Source: an uncultured Spirochaetaceae bacterium
GTDB taxonomy: Bacteria > Spirochaetota > Spirochaetia > Sphaerochaetales > Sphaerochaetaceae
Direction of reading: 5' to 3'
Assembly (NCBI GenBank): GCA_944389025.1
Contig: CALXKU010000013.1
Span: 2,868-66,867, forward strand
DNA length: 64,000 nucleotides
The position numbers and the translations under genes were made by a program. Shown here one piece after another: positions 38,501-47,426 of this stretch (its first letter is position 1; each line of letters opens with the position of its first letter). A model generated the notes under the pieces. It made no database searches and was not told where the DNA came from. It was given only the letters and a program-made list of their open reading frames with translations.

Positions 38501-39481
38501 CTATCTCTTATGCACCTTGTGACAGGCAACAAAATGCTCCGGAGAAATTTCTTTAAGCTCAGGGACTACTGAGGAGCACTCCTCCGTTGCGAACGGGCAG
38601 CGGGTGTGGAAACAGCAGCCCGTTGGTGGATGCCTCGGAGATGGAACATCTCCCTGGATTTCAGCCTGCATCGTCTTCATATCCGGATCAGGCACTGGGA
38701 TTGCACTTAAAAGCGCCTTCGTATAAGGATGCTCGGCATGCTCGAAAAGCTCATCCTTGGATGTGATTTCCACGATATGTCCAAGATACATGACAGCAAT
38801 TCTGTCACAAAGATGATGGACGACACTGAGATTGTGAGAGATGAAGATATATGTCAGCCCCCTCTTCTCCTTGAGCACCTTCATCAGATTAAGAATCTGA
38901 GCCTGAATGGATACATCCAGCGCGGATACCGGCTCATCGCAGATTATGAGCTCCGGGCTGAGAGTAAGTGCTCTTGCAATTCCAATCCTCTGCCTCTGTC
39001 CGCCTGAGAACTCATGAGGGTATCTCGTAATCTGGTCGCTATTGAGTCCGACCTCCTTCATCAGACGCTCAACAAGGCTGTTACGCTCCTCCTTCGTCCC
39101 CTTCTTATGCTCATCCAGCGGCTCTCTTATGCAGCGTCCGACGGTGAAACGGGGATCAAGGGATGAGTAAGGATCCTGAAATATGATCTGTATCTTCTCA
39201 GCCATCTCCTTGCTATAGCGTCTCTTATCAGAGAGGATAGACTCCCCTCTGAATTTTATCTCTCCGGATGTCGGACGCAGAAGTCCCACGATGGTGTGCC
39301 CCGTGGTGGATTTCCCGCATCCGGACTCACCGACGATGCCGAAAGCTTCTTTTTTATAAACGTTGAAGCTCACTCCGTCGACGGCCTTTACGTATTCCTT
39401 TTTACCTATGATGGAATTCCCCTTCACAGGATAATAGACCTTGAGGTCTTTGACCTCCAGAAGAACTTCCTTATTCTCCAT
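38501..39481 (-). CDS. oligopeptide/dipeptide ABC transporter ATP-binding protein (OppF/DppF type)
   Basis: Walker [10 protein letters not shown], signature FSGGQRQR, Walker B ICDEPVSALD and a C-terminal Cys-rich oligopeptide-ATPase tail. ATG 39481 follows GGGGGAGAG and overlaps the upstream stop by 11 nt. Confidence 0.9.
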   Translation of the reverse strand: MENKEVLLEVKDLKVYYPVKGNSIIGKKEYVKAVDGVSFNVYKKEAFGIVGESGCGKSTTGHTIVGLLRPTSGEIKFRGESILSDKRRYSKEMAEKIQIIFQDPYSSLDPRFTVGRCIREPLDEHKKGTKEERNSLVERLMKEVGLNSDQITRYPHEFSGGQRQRIGIARALTLSPELIICDEPVSALDVSIQAQILNLMKVLKEKRGLTYIFISHNLSVVHHLCDRIAVMYLGHIVEITSKDELFEHAEHPYTKALLSAIPVPDPDMKTMQAEIQGDVPSPRHPPTGCCFHTRCPFATEECSSVVPELKEISPEHFVACHKVHKR

Positions 39482-40460
39482 CTCTCTCCCCCTTCTCATA
39501 TTTCCAGCAACGGACAAGTCTTCCATCATCAAGAGGGAAGAGAGGTGGCGCCTGATTCACGCACTTATCCGAGCAGTATGGACAGCGCGGAGAGAACCGG
39601 CAGCCAGCGGGGTAGTCTTTCGGGCTGGGAATACTTCCCTTGATTGAAAAGAGCGTATCCTTCTTGTCCGTAGGGCTCGGTATGGACTTGAGAAGTCCTG
39701 ATGTGTAGGGATGAAGGGGATCCTTGAAGATGCTCCTTACATCCGCGTACTCAACCGCAAGACCGGCGTACATGACCATCACACGCTTCGCAATCTGAGC
39801 AACGACACCAAGATCATGGGTGATGAGTATGATTGAAGTATGGTTCTCCTGCTGAAGATCCTTCAGAAGATGCATGATCTGAGCCTGTATGGTGACATCG
39901 AGAGCCGTGGTTGGCTCATCGGCAATCAGGATATCTGGATTGCAGGCAAGTGCCATGGCTATCATGACACGCTGCCTCATACCACCTGAGAGCTGATGGG
40001 GATACTCATCGAGCACCTGCGCAGCAGACGGGATCTTGACTTTTTCAAGCATCTCAAGCGCCTTTGCCCTCGCCTCCTTCTTATTCATCCCCTGATGGAG
40101 GCGGAGGATATCCGTTATCTGATAGCCGATCGTGAATACAGGATTGAGCGATGTCAAAGGTTCCTGGAAGATCATGGAAATATGATTTCCCCTAATCTTA
40201 CGCATCTCCTTCTCGCTTTTCTCAAGAAGGTTCTCACCACGGAAGATGATCTTGCCATCGATGATTTTGCCAGGAGGAGTTGCAACGATCTGAAGTATGG
40301 AGAGGGACGTGACGCTCTTGCCGCATCCCGATTCCCCTACGATTGCAAGGGTCTCATCCGGCATTAGATCGAAATCCAGTCCGTCAACCGCGGGGACCAC
40401 ACCCTCCTCCGTATAGAAATATGTTTTCAGGTTTTCAACCTTAAGTAGCGGTTCTGCCAT
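39471..40460 (-). CDS. oligopeptide/dipeptide ABC transporter ATP-binding protein (OppD/DppD type)
   Basis: [16 protein letters not shown] and [13 protein letters not shown] 40460 ([11 protein letters not shown]) is preceded by AAGGAG. The longer track ORF prefix has no homology-like features. Confidence 0.9.
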   Translation of the reverse strand: MAEPLLKVENLKTYFYTEEGVVPAVDGLDFDLMPDETLAIVGESGCGKSVTSLSILQIVATPPGKIIDGKIIFRGENLLEKSEKEMRKIRGNHISMIFQEPLTSLNPVFTIGYQITDILRLHQGMNKKEARAKALEMLEKVKIPSAAQVLDEYPHQLSGGMRQRVMIAMALACNPDILIADEPTTALDVTIQAQIMHLLKDLQQENHTSIILITHDLGVVAQIAKRVMVMYAGLAVEYADVRSIFKDPLHPYTSGLLKSIPSPTDKKDTLFSIKGSIPSPKDYPAGCRFSPRCPYCSDKCVNQAPPLFPLDDGRLVRCWKYEKGERDGE

Positions 40461-40471
40461 AAAGAATCTCC

Positions 40472-41311
40472 TTACCTGGTATTCTTGAGTTTCGGATCGA
40501 GGGCATCTCTCAGACCGTCTCCGACAAGGGAGAAGCTCATGACGACCAGAGTGATTGCGATACCCGGGAATATCGCCTCCCACGGATTCGAACGTAAAAC
40601 ATCCTTTGCCTTATTGAGCATCGCACCCCATTCCGGATTTGGCGGCTGTACGCCAAGGCCCAGGAAGGAAAGGGAGGATGAGGTGAGGATGGCCGATCCG
40701 AGATTCAGCGTCACGTTTACAATCATCTGGGAAACGGAGTTTGGAACGATATGCTTGCATATGATCTTGAAACTGCTTTCCCCTATCACCTTCGCTGCCC
40801 CGATATACTGCGCGTCCTTGTTCGTCATTACGACACCGCGCACCATTCGCGCTATGGACGGTATCGAGAATATCGAGATAGCGACTATGGTATTACCAGT
40901 ACCGTTTCCAAGTATTGCTACTACGACTATCGCCAGAAGAAGGCTTGGAAAAGCCAGAAGCACATCGATGACCCTTGAAATCACAGAATCAACCCAGCCA
41001 CCGAAATATCCTGCGAGAACACCTAAAACTATTCCGACAAAGCAACCGGAGAGTACGCCGGTGAAACTGATGTACATAGATATGCGCGCACCATATACGA
41101 TTCTTGTCAGGATATCACGCCCGAGATAATCCGTTCCGCACGGGTGCTCAAGGCTCGGTCCCTGCCCTATCTCCCTCAGATTCTGCTCAAGCGGCCCCTC
41201 AGGGAAGAAAAGAGGTCCGAAAATGGCCATGAAAAAGAAAAGGCAGAGAATTACGAGGCCTATGACAGAAACCTTTCTCTTAATGAATCGTCTGAATATT
41301 GGATTTTTCAT
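40472..41311 (-). CDS. peptide ABC transporter permease (OppC/DppC type)
   Basis: N-terminal TM, the periplasmic GTD.LGRD motif, an EAA-type loop and 6 TM segments. Confidence 0.9.
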   Translation of the reverse strand: MKNPIFRRFIKRKVSVIGLVILCLFFFMAIFGPLFFPEGPLEQNLREIGQGPSLEHPCGTDYLGRDILTRIVYGARISMYISFTGVLSGCFVGIVLGVLAGYFGGWVDSVISRVIDVLLAFPSLLLAIVVVAILGNGTGNTIVAISIFSIPSIARMVRGVVMTNKDAQYIGAAKVIGESSFKIICKHIVPNSVSQMIVNVTLNLGSAILTSSSLSFLGLGVQPPNPEWGAMLNKAKDVLRSNPWEAIFPGIAITLVVMSFSLVGDGLRDALDPKLKNTR

Positions 41312-41317
41312 AGAACC

Positions 41318-42250
41318 TCACTTTATCTTCACTCTAGGATCAACGAATCCATAAAGGATATCGACAATCGTATTCACCACGACGAAAGAGAACGAAAGAA
41401 TAAGAACTGTGCTCTGTATCGCCGGATAGTCACGTCCGTTCACGCTGTTTACAAGGAATGTACCGATTCCTGGAATGTTGAAGATCGTCTCGACCATAGT
41501 AGCTCCTGCAAGCAGACTTCCGAATCTCAGGCCGATTGCCGTCAAAACAGGAATGAAAGCGTTCTTAAACGCGTATTGGGTGATGATCTTCCTCTTTGAA
41601 ACACCGTAAGCCTTCGCTGTCCTCGTATAATCCTGGTTGATGACATCAAGCATCGAGGAGCGGGTAGTACGGGATATCATGCCTATGGCTCCAAGGCCGA
41701 GTGTCGCAATCGGGAGTATCGCATGTTTCCATGTAGTCAGACCAAGGCTTGGCAGAATGCGCAGATGCAGGCAGAAGAAGAGCATGAGCAGCATTGCAAG
41801 GAAGAAGGACGGCACGGATACGGCAATCATCGAAATGACCATTACGATGTTGTCCCCCGCCTTGTTATGGAACGTCGCTGCTATGATACCCGCGATTACG
41901 CCGAGTAGAGAACCGAGCACTGTTCCTCCGAGGGCAAGTATGATCGTATACTGATACCTGTTCGCCAGCTCGGTGGCAATCGTCTTATGGGTGACTATGG
42001 AAGTGCCAAGGTCCCCATGGAATATGCCTGCAATCCATCTCAGGTACTGCACAATCAGAGGATCATTGAGTCCGTAGTGCTCTCTCATGGCCTCAATGGT
42101 CGCCTCATTGGATCCACCGCCCTCCGACACGCCGTAAAGCAGCGTGATCGGATCGCCGGGGATAATCCTTACCATGAGAAATACTACAACGGAAACGAGA
42201 AACAGAGTCGGTATCAGTTGTAATAAACGTCTTATGATATATTTCAGCAT
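41318..42250 (-). CDS. peptide ABC transporter permease (OppB/DppB type)
   Basis: MLKYIIRRLLQ.IP N-terminus, the GDP motif and the YTRTAKA.G block are all typical of OppB/DppB. Confidence 0.9.
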   Translation of the reverse strand: MLKYIIRRLLQLIPTLFLVSVVVFLMVRIIPGDPITLLYGVSEGGGSNEATIEAMREHYGLNDPLIVQYLRWIAGIFHGDLGTSIVTHKTIATELANRYQYTIILALGGTVLGSLLGVIAGIIAATFHNKAGDNIVMVISMIAVSVPSFFLAMLLMLFFCLHLRILPSLGLTTWKHAILPIATLGLGAIGMISRTTRSSMLDVINQDYTRTAKAYGVSKRKIITQYAFKNAFIPVLTAIGLRFGSLLAGATMVETIFNIPGIGTFLVNSVNGRDYPAIQSTVLILSFSFVVVNTIVDILYGFVDPRVKIK

Positions 42251-42594
42251 AGGGCAGCTATCACACTCATCTCAAGAAGATATCCGTCATCGATTTTGGA
42301 CTCGATGCAGACTCTCGCCGGTGCGCGTCCTGGAACCGTCCAGGCGTTGTAAACCTCATTCATCTCAGCCTTGAGTGACATGTCAGAAATGTAGATTGTC
42401 ACCATCAGAAGGTGAGCCTTATCCGTACCATGGAGCTTAAAAAGCTCATCATAACGCTCAAGAAGGGCTTTAGTCTGCTCCTTGATCGTCGCGTGCTTCT
42501 TTCCGTCCACATGTCCGCTGAAATAGATTATGCCGTTATGGACCGTGGCACGGGAGAATGTTGCTGCCGGATCGATGTATTTGATGTCTTCCAT
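42244..42594 (-). CDS. RidA/YjgF/TdcF-family protein
   Basis: 116 aa with the family's length and blocks (G...FSG....D........Q....L, PAR..I). Confidence 0.8.
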   Translation of the reverse strand: MEDIKYIDPAATFSRATVHNGIIYFSGHVDGKKHATIKEQTKALLERYDELFKLHGTDKAHLLMVTIYISDMSLKAEMNEVYNAWTVPGRAPARVCIESKIDDGYLLEMSVIAALC

Positions 42595-42658
42595 TTTATC
42601 TCCTCCTTCATCCAGGACCCAAAGATGGTCGTCTTTGAGCCCCGCACGTGAAATCTCC

Positions 42659-43471
42659 TTACTTTATTATTCCAAGCTTCTTTGCGATTGGAATTCCCTT
42701 CGTATAACCGAAAGCCCCTGGGACTCCGATTTCCATCAGGCGTGCAATCGCATCATAGGCTGCCTTATCATTGCCATTCATCTTCTGGAACCAGTAAAGG
42801 CCGTAAAGCATTCCGCACTCCTCGAGGTGCACTCTGCCCGGTCTGTTGAGAACTGCCTTTGCCATCTCCTCTTCGTTGATGAACTCCTCCGGCTTAACGA
42901 TGCCCTTGTAAAGCTGAACAGCCCTCTGATAGCCATAATCCATCTGAGGAGCATGAGCCTTGCTGCAATCAATGAGATCAAGGCATTTCTTAGCCTCGTC
43001 GAACTTTCCAAGCTCACAGTTTGATGTATAGAGCCAATGAACGAGAGGATACTGCTCATCCGGATTCGTGATATTCAGGCACTGCCTGAAATCATAGATG
43101 CAGTTCTCATACTCTTCATGTGTATTCCATGTTGTAGCCCTGTAATACCAGTATGTCCAAGTGGAAGGTTCAAGCTGGATGCAGAGTGTGAAATCTGCAA
43201 TTGCCTGCCTCCATTCACCAACAGCATTATGACGTCTGCCTCTTCCAAAATAGTTAGGTGCGTAGAATGGTGCGTATGAGATACCGATGGAATGCGCCTC
43301 TATAGCCTCCTCCACCTTACCGCTGTTTGAAAGGGCGACAGCCTTCTTGTACCATGCAAGAGGATCCGTCTCATCCTTCTTAAGCTCAGCCTCAGCCTCC
43401 TCAAGAGTCGGCTGCATCATGAGGATGTTCCTCATCTCGAGATTCTTCTCTTCGTTGTAAACAAATTTCAT
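42659..43471 (-). CDS. TPR-repeat protein, paralogue 4 (first gene of the peptide operon)
   Basis: Same conserved blocks as the other three. AAAGGAGGG RBS. Preceded by a 376-bp AT-rich intergenic region. Confidence 0.7.
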   Translation of the reverse strand: MKFVYNEEKNLEMRNILMMQPTLEEAEAELKKDETDPLAWYKKAVALSNSGKVEEAIEAHSIGISYAPFYAPNYFGRGRRHNAVGEWRQAIADFTLCIQLEPSTWTYWYYRATTWNTHEEYENCIYDFRQCLNITNPDEQYPLVHWLYTSNCELGKFDEAKKCLDLIDCSKAHAPQMDYGYQRAVQLYKGIVKPEEFINEEEMAKAVLNRPGRVHLEECGMLYGLYWFQKMNGNDKAAYDAIARLMEIGVPGAFGYTKGIPIAKKLGIIK

Positions 43472-43723
43472 TTGATACCCTCCTTTGAATATCAGAACAA
43501 AACAAATATAGAAAAATGATAACTCAAATAATATTTGATAGTCTACATTTCAATTGTATTTTTTTCGCATATTTATGCAGGAATAATACAGATGGTTACA
43601 TTCCTCTACCATAGGCTATTTATAGACTGAAAGACTTCAAACTTAAACATCTTAAAGCAAAATCATAACGGCAATATTTTCTTTATATTTATATAGGTTT
43701 GTTTTAAATATTATTTCTTTCCT

Positions 43724-43735
43724 GAAATTAATTTC
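43724..43735. promoter_or_regulatory. perfect palindrome GAAATTAATTTC (copy shared with the sorC upstream region)
   Basis: The 14-mer CTGAAATTAATTTC is identical to 50858-50871. It lies between the end of the sugar operon and the start of the peptide operon. Confidence 0.25.
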
Positions 43736-43847
43736 GAACATCACTTATTTAAATGCTTTTAAAATCAAAGAAAACAATGCTCTGGGCAGAAAAGGGATGC
43801 GGATACAGATGAGCTACAAAACTTTAAAAATAAGTGTCGGTCTATAA

Positions 43848-44282
43848 TTAATAACACCAATTATCCCTGATATAATCATAACTGAATTCGATAGACTTCA
43901 CAGTAAGAGGAAGGCAGAGATGAGGTGGATCGTCGGCCTTAAAACTGCCAGGACGAAGCACCGAGCAGTTTAGGGATGAGAATTCTTTCTCGAAAGCGGA
44001 GGCAAAGCCATTGCAAAGCTTTTCGATATCAGATCGGCTTTTTCCTAGTGAAATCCCCAGAAGGCCTATGAACATGAGAGTGCCCTCAACAAGGCCGCAC
44101 TGGGCACCGTAATATGATGCCCCATGCATTCCAAGAGCGGCAGAGAGAACATCCTCTGCCAAAGGAACAGAGAAGAGATGGGAAAGACACCTCAACGTGG
44201 TCCTTGCACAGTTCTCATCCTCATCATAGTACAGGTGGTGAACCTCAGAGGCTATAAATGATCTTTCATCATCTCTTATCAT
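43848..44282 (-). CDS. C_GCAxxG_C_C-family protein
   Basis: The three spaced Cys blocks of the family are present (ENCARTTL, YYGAQCGLVEG, SSLNCSVL). ATGA overlap with the kinase gene. Confidence 0.6.
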   Translation of the reverse strand: MIRDDERSFIASEVHHLYYDEDENCARTTLRCLSHLFSVPLAEDVLSAALGMHGASYYGAQCGLVEGTLMFIGLLGISLGKSRSDIEKLCNGFASAFEKEFSSLNCSVLRPGSFKADDPPHLCLPLTVKSIEFSYDYIRDNWCY

Positions 44283-45715
44283 GAGCGGAATATGTTCCTT
44301 ACAGATGGGTATATCAGCTTAAAGCGCTCATAGAGTTTCTCATAATGCCTTACCCTCTCCTCATTCGGATAGTATGTTTCAGATCGCATACCGGCAAGAA
44401 TCGAGGAGATGAAAGCCGAATAGGATGAGATCAGCTTCTTACCATAAAGCACTACAGATGAGAGTGCGATGCTCGGTAGCGCCTCCGAGTCCTCGAAGAC
44501 AACAACAGGAGCATTGAATATGTCTGCGAATATCTGATTCCATACGCTCTCACTCGCCCCTCCTCCTATCAGGGAAACACTGGAGGGCTTGATCCTGTGA
44601 TTATCCATCCCCATTCTGAGAGAGAATGCAACACCTTCAAGGGCACTCCTTGCAAGATCTGATAGCGTGGTGGAGTTATCCAGTCCGACATATACACCCC
44701 TTACCTTGTCATCCGCAACAGGAAAGCGCTCTCCTACAAGGTATGGCATGCACAGAAGGTTCTCATTTCCATGCTTATCAGAGGAAAGAAGATCATGAAG
44801 GACATCATACCTGTTACTCTCCCCTTCCGGATATATGACTCTCGATATCCAGTTATGGACATTAGCAGCGTTCAGAACCGGGATGACGTTGATATAAAGC
44901 CCCCTGTTTATCGCGGCAAGATTGAACACCCCCTCCATCGGGCGATCCGAGAGGGATGCAACCCATCCGCTCGTGCCGAGATTCACGCTGAATTCCCCCG
45001 CTCTCGTAACACCGGAGGCGAGAGTGGTCGCACCCGCATCCCCGGAGCCTACAAAGACTTCCACATTTCTCCTGAAACCTGTCGCCTCAGAGGCTTTATC
45101 ACTCACAAGACCTGCGACCTCATCCGAATACATCAGAGTGGGAAGAATACGGCTCTCAACAAGCCCGGAAAGCGGGATGTATTCTTTTTTCAGGATATCC
45201 ATCATACCGGATGTGGACATGTTTGTAACATCGGAGACACATCGCCCTGTAAGCTTATATACAAGGTAATCCTTCGCACTTATAAGCAGATGCTCAGCCT
45301 TCTCAAGAACATCAGGCCTGTTCTTTTTGAACCACAGCATCTTGGCAATAGGGATTGTCCCATTCATCGATATCGTTGTCAGCTCAGAAACATAGGAAGG
45401 CAGTTCATCAACAAACTCGGCTCCCCGCTGGTCATCATATAGCACAGCGTTTCCTATGGGCTCCCCAGAGCTATCGAGAAAATACAGATCCTGCATCTGC
45501 CCCGAGAAGATGATGTAATCAATATCAGAGGTGTCAAACCTCTTCGTTAGAGAAAGAAACGCCTTCCACCACTCATGCGGATCCTGCTCTATGAATCCAT
45601 CGGAGTGTATCGTGCTGATGTTCTCCTTGCCAGAAAATGAGATGTTCTGCTTCTCATCCAGGACGACGCACTTCAAGGCTGTCGTTCCGAGATCGAATGC
45701 CGCTATTCTTGCCAT
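44279..45715 (-). CDS. FGGY-family carbohydrate kinase
   Basis: N-terminal DLGTTALK phosphate-1 motif, a central GSGDAG-like block and the C-terminal GGGASES..W.QI.ADIF motif. 478 aa. Confidence 0.85.
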   Translation of the reverse strand: MARIAAFDLGTTALKCVVLDEKQNISFSGKENISTIHSDGFIEQDPHEWWKAFLSLTKRFDTSDIDYIIFSGQMQDLYFLDSSGEPIGNAVLYDDQRGAEFVDELPSYVSELTTISMNGTIPIAKMLWFKKNRPDVLEKAEHLLISAKDYLVYKLTGRCVSDVTNMSTSGMMDILKKEYIPLSGLVESRILPTLMYSDEVAGLVSDKASEATGFRRNVEVFVGSGDAGATTLASGVTRAGEFSVNLGTSGWVASLSDRPMEGVFNLAAINRGLYINVIPVLNAANVHNWISRVIYPEGESNRYDVLHDLLSSDKHGNENLLCMPYLVGERFPVADDKVRGVYVGLDNSTTLSDLARSALEGVAFSLRMGMDNHRIKPSSVSLIGGGASESVWNQIFADIFNAPVVVFEDSEALPSIALSSVVLYGKKLISSYSAFISSILAGMRSETYYPNEERVRHYEKLYERFKLIYPSVRNIFRS

Positions 45716-46485
45716 TCCTCTTTCGCCCTCCCGATATCGGAAATATATGCCCTGAGACTCTCAAGCGATTCATTAAGATGCTTCACGATCGCAGTCCCGA
45801 TGATGACGCCTCTAAAGCCTTCCTTATATTTTCTCACAACCTGCTCGCATGTGCTGATACCGAATCCTGCAAGCCCTACGACATGTGGATAGCCAAGGGA
45901 TTTTTCAAGCATATGGTGATACATCTCGACAGCAGATCCTTTTCCCGTCTGCCCGACATAAAGCTGCTCATAGACGAGGGGGAAAGTGGAGAACACGTCA
46001 TCAAGCTCGCTATCGCTCATATCAGGATTTGAAAATCCGATGACATCCACTCCGTATGGATTAAGTTGCGGAATCAGAGAGACCCTCTCGCTCTCTTTCA
46101 AATCCGGAATGACCACGCCATCAAGCACACCGGCTCGCGAGAATTCCAGGTAAAGCCCACTTTCAATGAAATCTCTCTCATACGCCATAGCCCAGATCGG
46201 CTTATCGGTGGCTTTCCTTATCCTGGTCCAGTAATCTAAAGAGCAACAGATACTCTTATCTACAGCTCTGTGCGCATCAGCGATAACCTGTCCATCCGAA
46301 TAAGGGTCTGAGGATGCAAAACCAAGCTCGATTATGTCAAGAGAAGACCGGTTTATGACATCAAGGACATCAAAGAACTCCTCACAGCCAGGGTATCCTG
46401 CAAGTACATAACCGACAAGAAGCTTCCCCCGTCTTTCTAGCAAAATCTTCGTGCGATCAGATGAAATCTCAATCATTTCTGCCAC
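45703..46485 (-). CDS. tryptophan synthase alpha-chain (TrpA) paralogue of unknown substrate
   Basis: Aligns with the genuine TrpA in this window. IIELGFASSDPYSDGQVI matches [24 protein letters not shown] matches IGFGIS, and VIIGTAIVK matches VIIGSAIVR. Its coding sequence overlaps both neighbours. Confidence 0.7.
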   Translation of the reverse strand: MAEMIEISSDRTKILLERRGKLLVGYVLAGYPGCEEFFDVLDVINRSSLDIIELGFASSDPYSDGQVIADAHRAVDKSICCSLDYWTRIRKATDKPIWAMAYERDFIESGLYLEFSRAGVLDGVVIPDLKESERVSLIPQLNPYGVDVIGFSNPDMSDSELDDVFSTFPLVYEQLYVGQTGKGSAVEMYHHMLEKSLGYPHVVGLAGFGISTCEQVVRKYKEGFRGVIIGTAIVKHLNESLESLRAYISDIGRAKEEWQE

Positions 46486-47425
46486 TTCCCATTTTCTGAA
46501 ACACTACTGCGAATACGATTATGACACCGGTGACTATGTTCTGTACGAACGTAGGAACCTGCATGATCGTAAGTCCATTTGCAAGGATTGTGAAGAGCGC
46601 AACACCGACAACAGTTCCAAGCACATTCGGAATCCCTTCCCTGAAAAGTGTCTTTCCTATGAAGATCGTCGCATAGGAGTTGAGCATATACGCATCTCCT
46701 CCTGTCGGGGATGCGGAACCGATTCTGGATGCAAGAAGGACTCCGGCAAAACCCGCCATGGCGCCAGAGATTGTGAAGGCTATCGTCTTATAGGCATTGA
46801 CGCGGATACCGGCTACCCGGCTTGCCGTCTCATTTCCACCGATGGCATAAAGCTTGCGTCCCATGGCAGTGCGTGTCATCAGATACTGGAATACTATGAT
46901 GGCAAAAAGCATCAGAACGGTAAGGTATGGAACAGGTCCGAACTTTCCTGTTCCGAGGACCTTGAAGCTCCCCGGAATCCCGTTAAAAACGATTGCACCG
47001 TCAGAGAGCCAGTATGTTATTCCATATATGACCTGCCCCATTGCAAGGGTGACTATGAATGACATGACCCTAAACCGGGTCACGATGAACCCATTCACAA
47101 ACCCCACGACGGCACTCAGTACGATGGATAGCAGCAGAGCGGGAAGGAACGGCATTCCGCTGATTGCCAGCAGCGCGGAAAGGACACCGCTGAAGGAGGC
47201 AATGTTACCAACGGAAAGGTCGAATTCCTCAACACTCATAATAAGCGTTGCTCCAAGGCTTATTATGCACAGAATCGCCATCTGCCTCGTTATATTCCAG
47301 AAGTTAGTCGTAGAGAGGAAAGCACGCGGATTAAGAATGCCGAATATCACGATAACGAATACGAGTGCGAATATCGTACCGTATGCCCTCACAATAGCTC
47401 TGAAATCTGTTTTTCTCTTCTCCAT
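46469..47425 (-). CDS. sugar ABC transporter permease (ribose/RbsC type)
   Basis: About 9-10 TM segments and typical RbsC-like blocks (G.DLSVG, GG...A.R.GI.V). ATG 47425 lies 1 nt after the ATPase stop codon. Confidence 0.9.
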   Translation of the reverse strand: MEKRKTDFRAIVRAYGTIFALVFVIVIFGILNPRAFLSTTNFWNITRQMAILCIISLGATLIMSVEEFDLSVGNIASFSGVLSALLAISGMPFLPALLLSIVLSAVVGFVNGFIVTRFRVMSFIVTLAMGQVIYGITYWLSDGAIVFNGIPGSFKVLGTGKFGPVPYLTVLMLFAIIVFQYLMTRTAMGRKLYAIGGNETASRVAGIRVNAYKTIAFTISGAMAGFAGVLLASRIGSASPTGGDAYMLNSYATIFIGKTLFREGIPNVLGTVVGVALFTILANGLTIMQVPTFVQNIVTGVIIVFAVVFQKMGSGRND

Positions 47426-47426
47426 A

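Noticed and set aside
40485-41129. 214-aa plus-strand ORF
   Set aside because: It is antisense to the OppC/DppC-type permease, which has unmistakable family motifs. Its Arg/Pro/Thr-rich translation is typical of a shadow frame.
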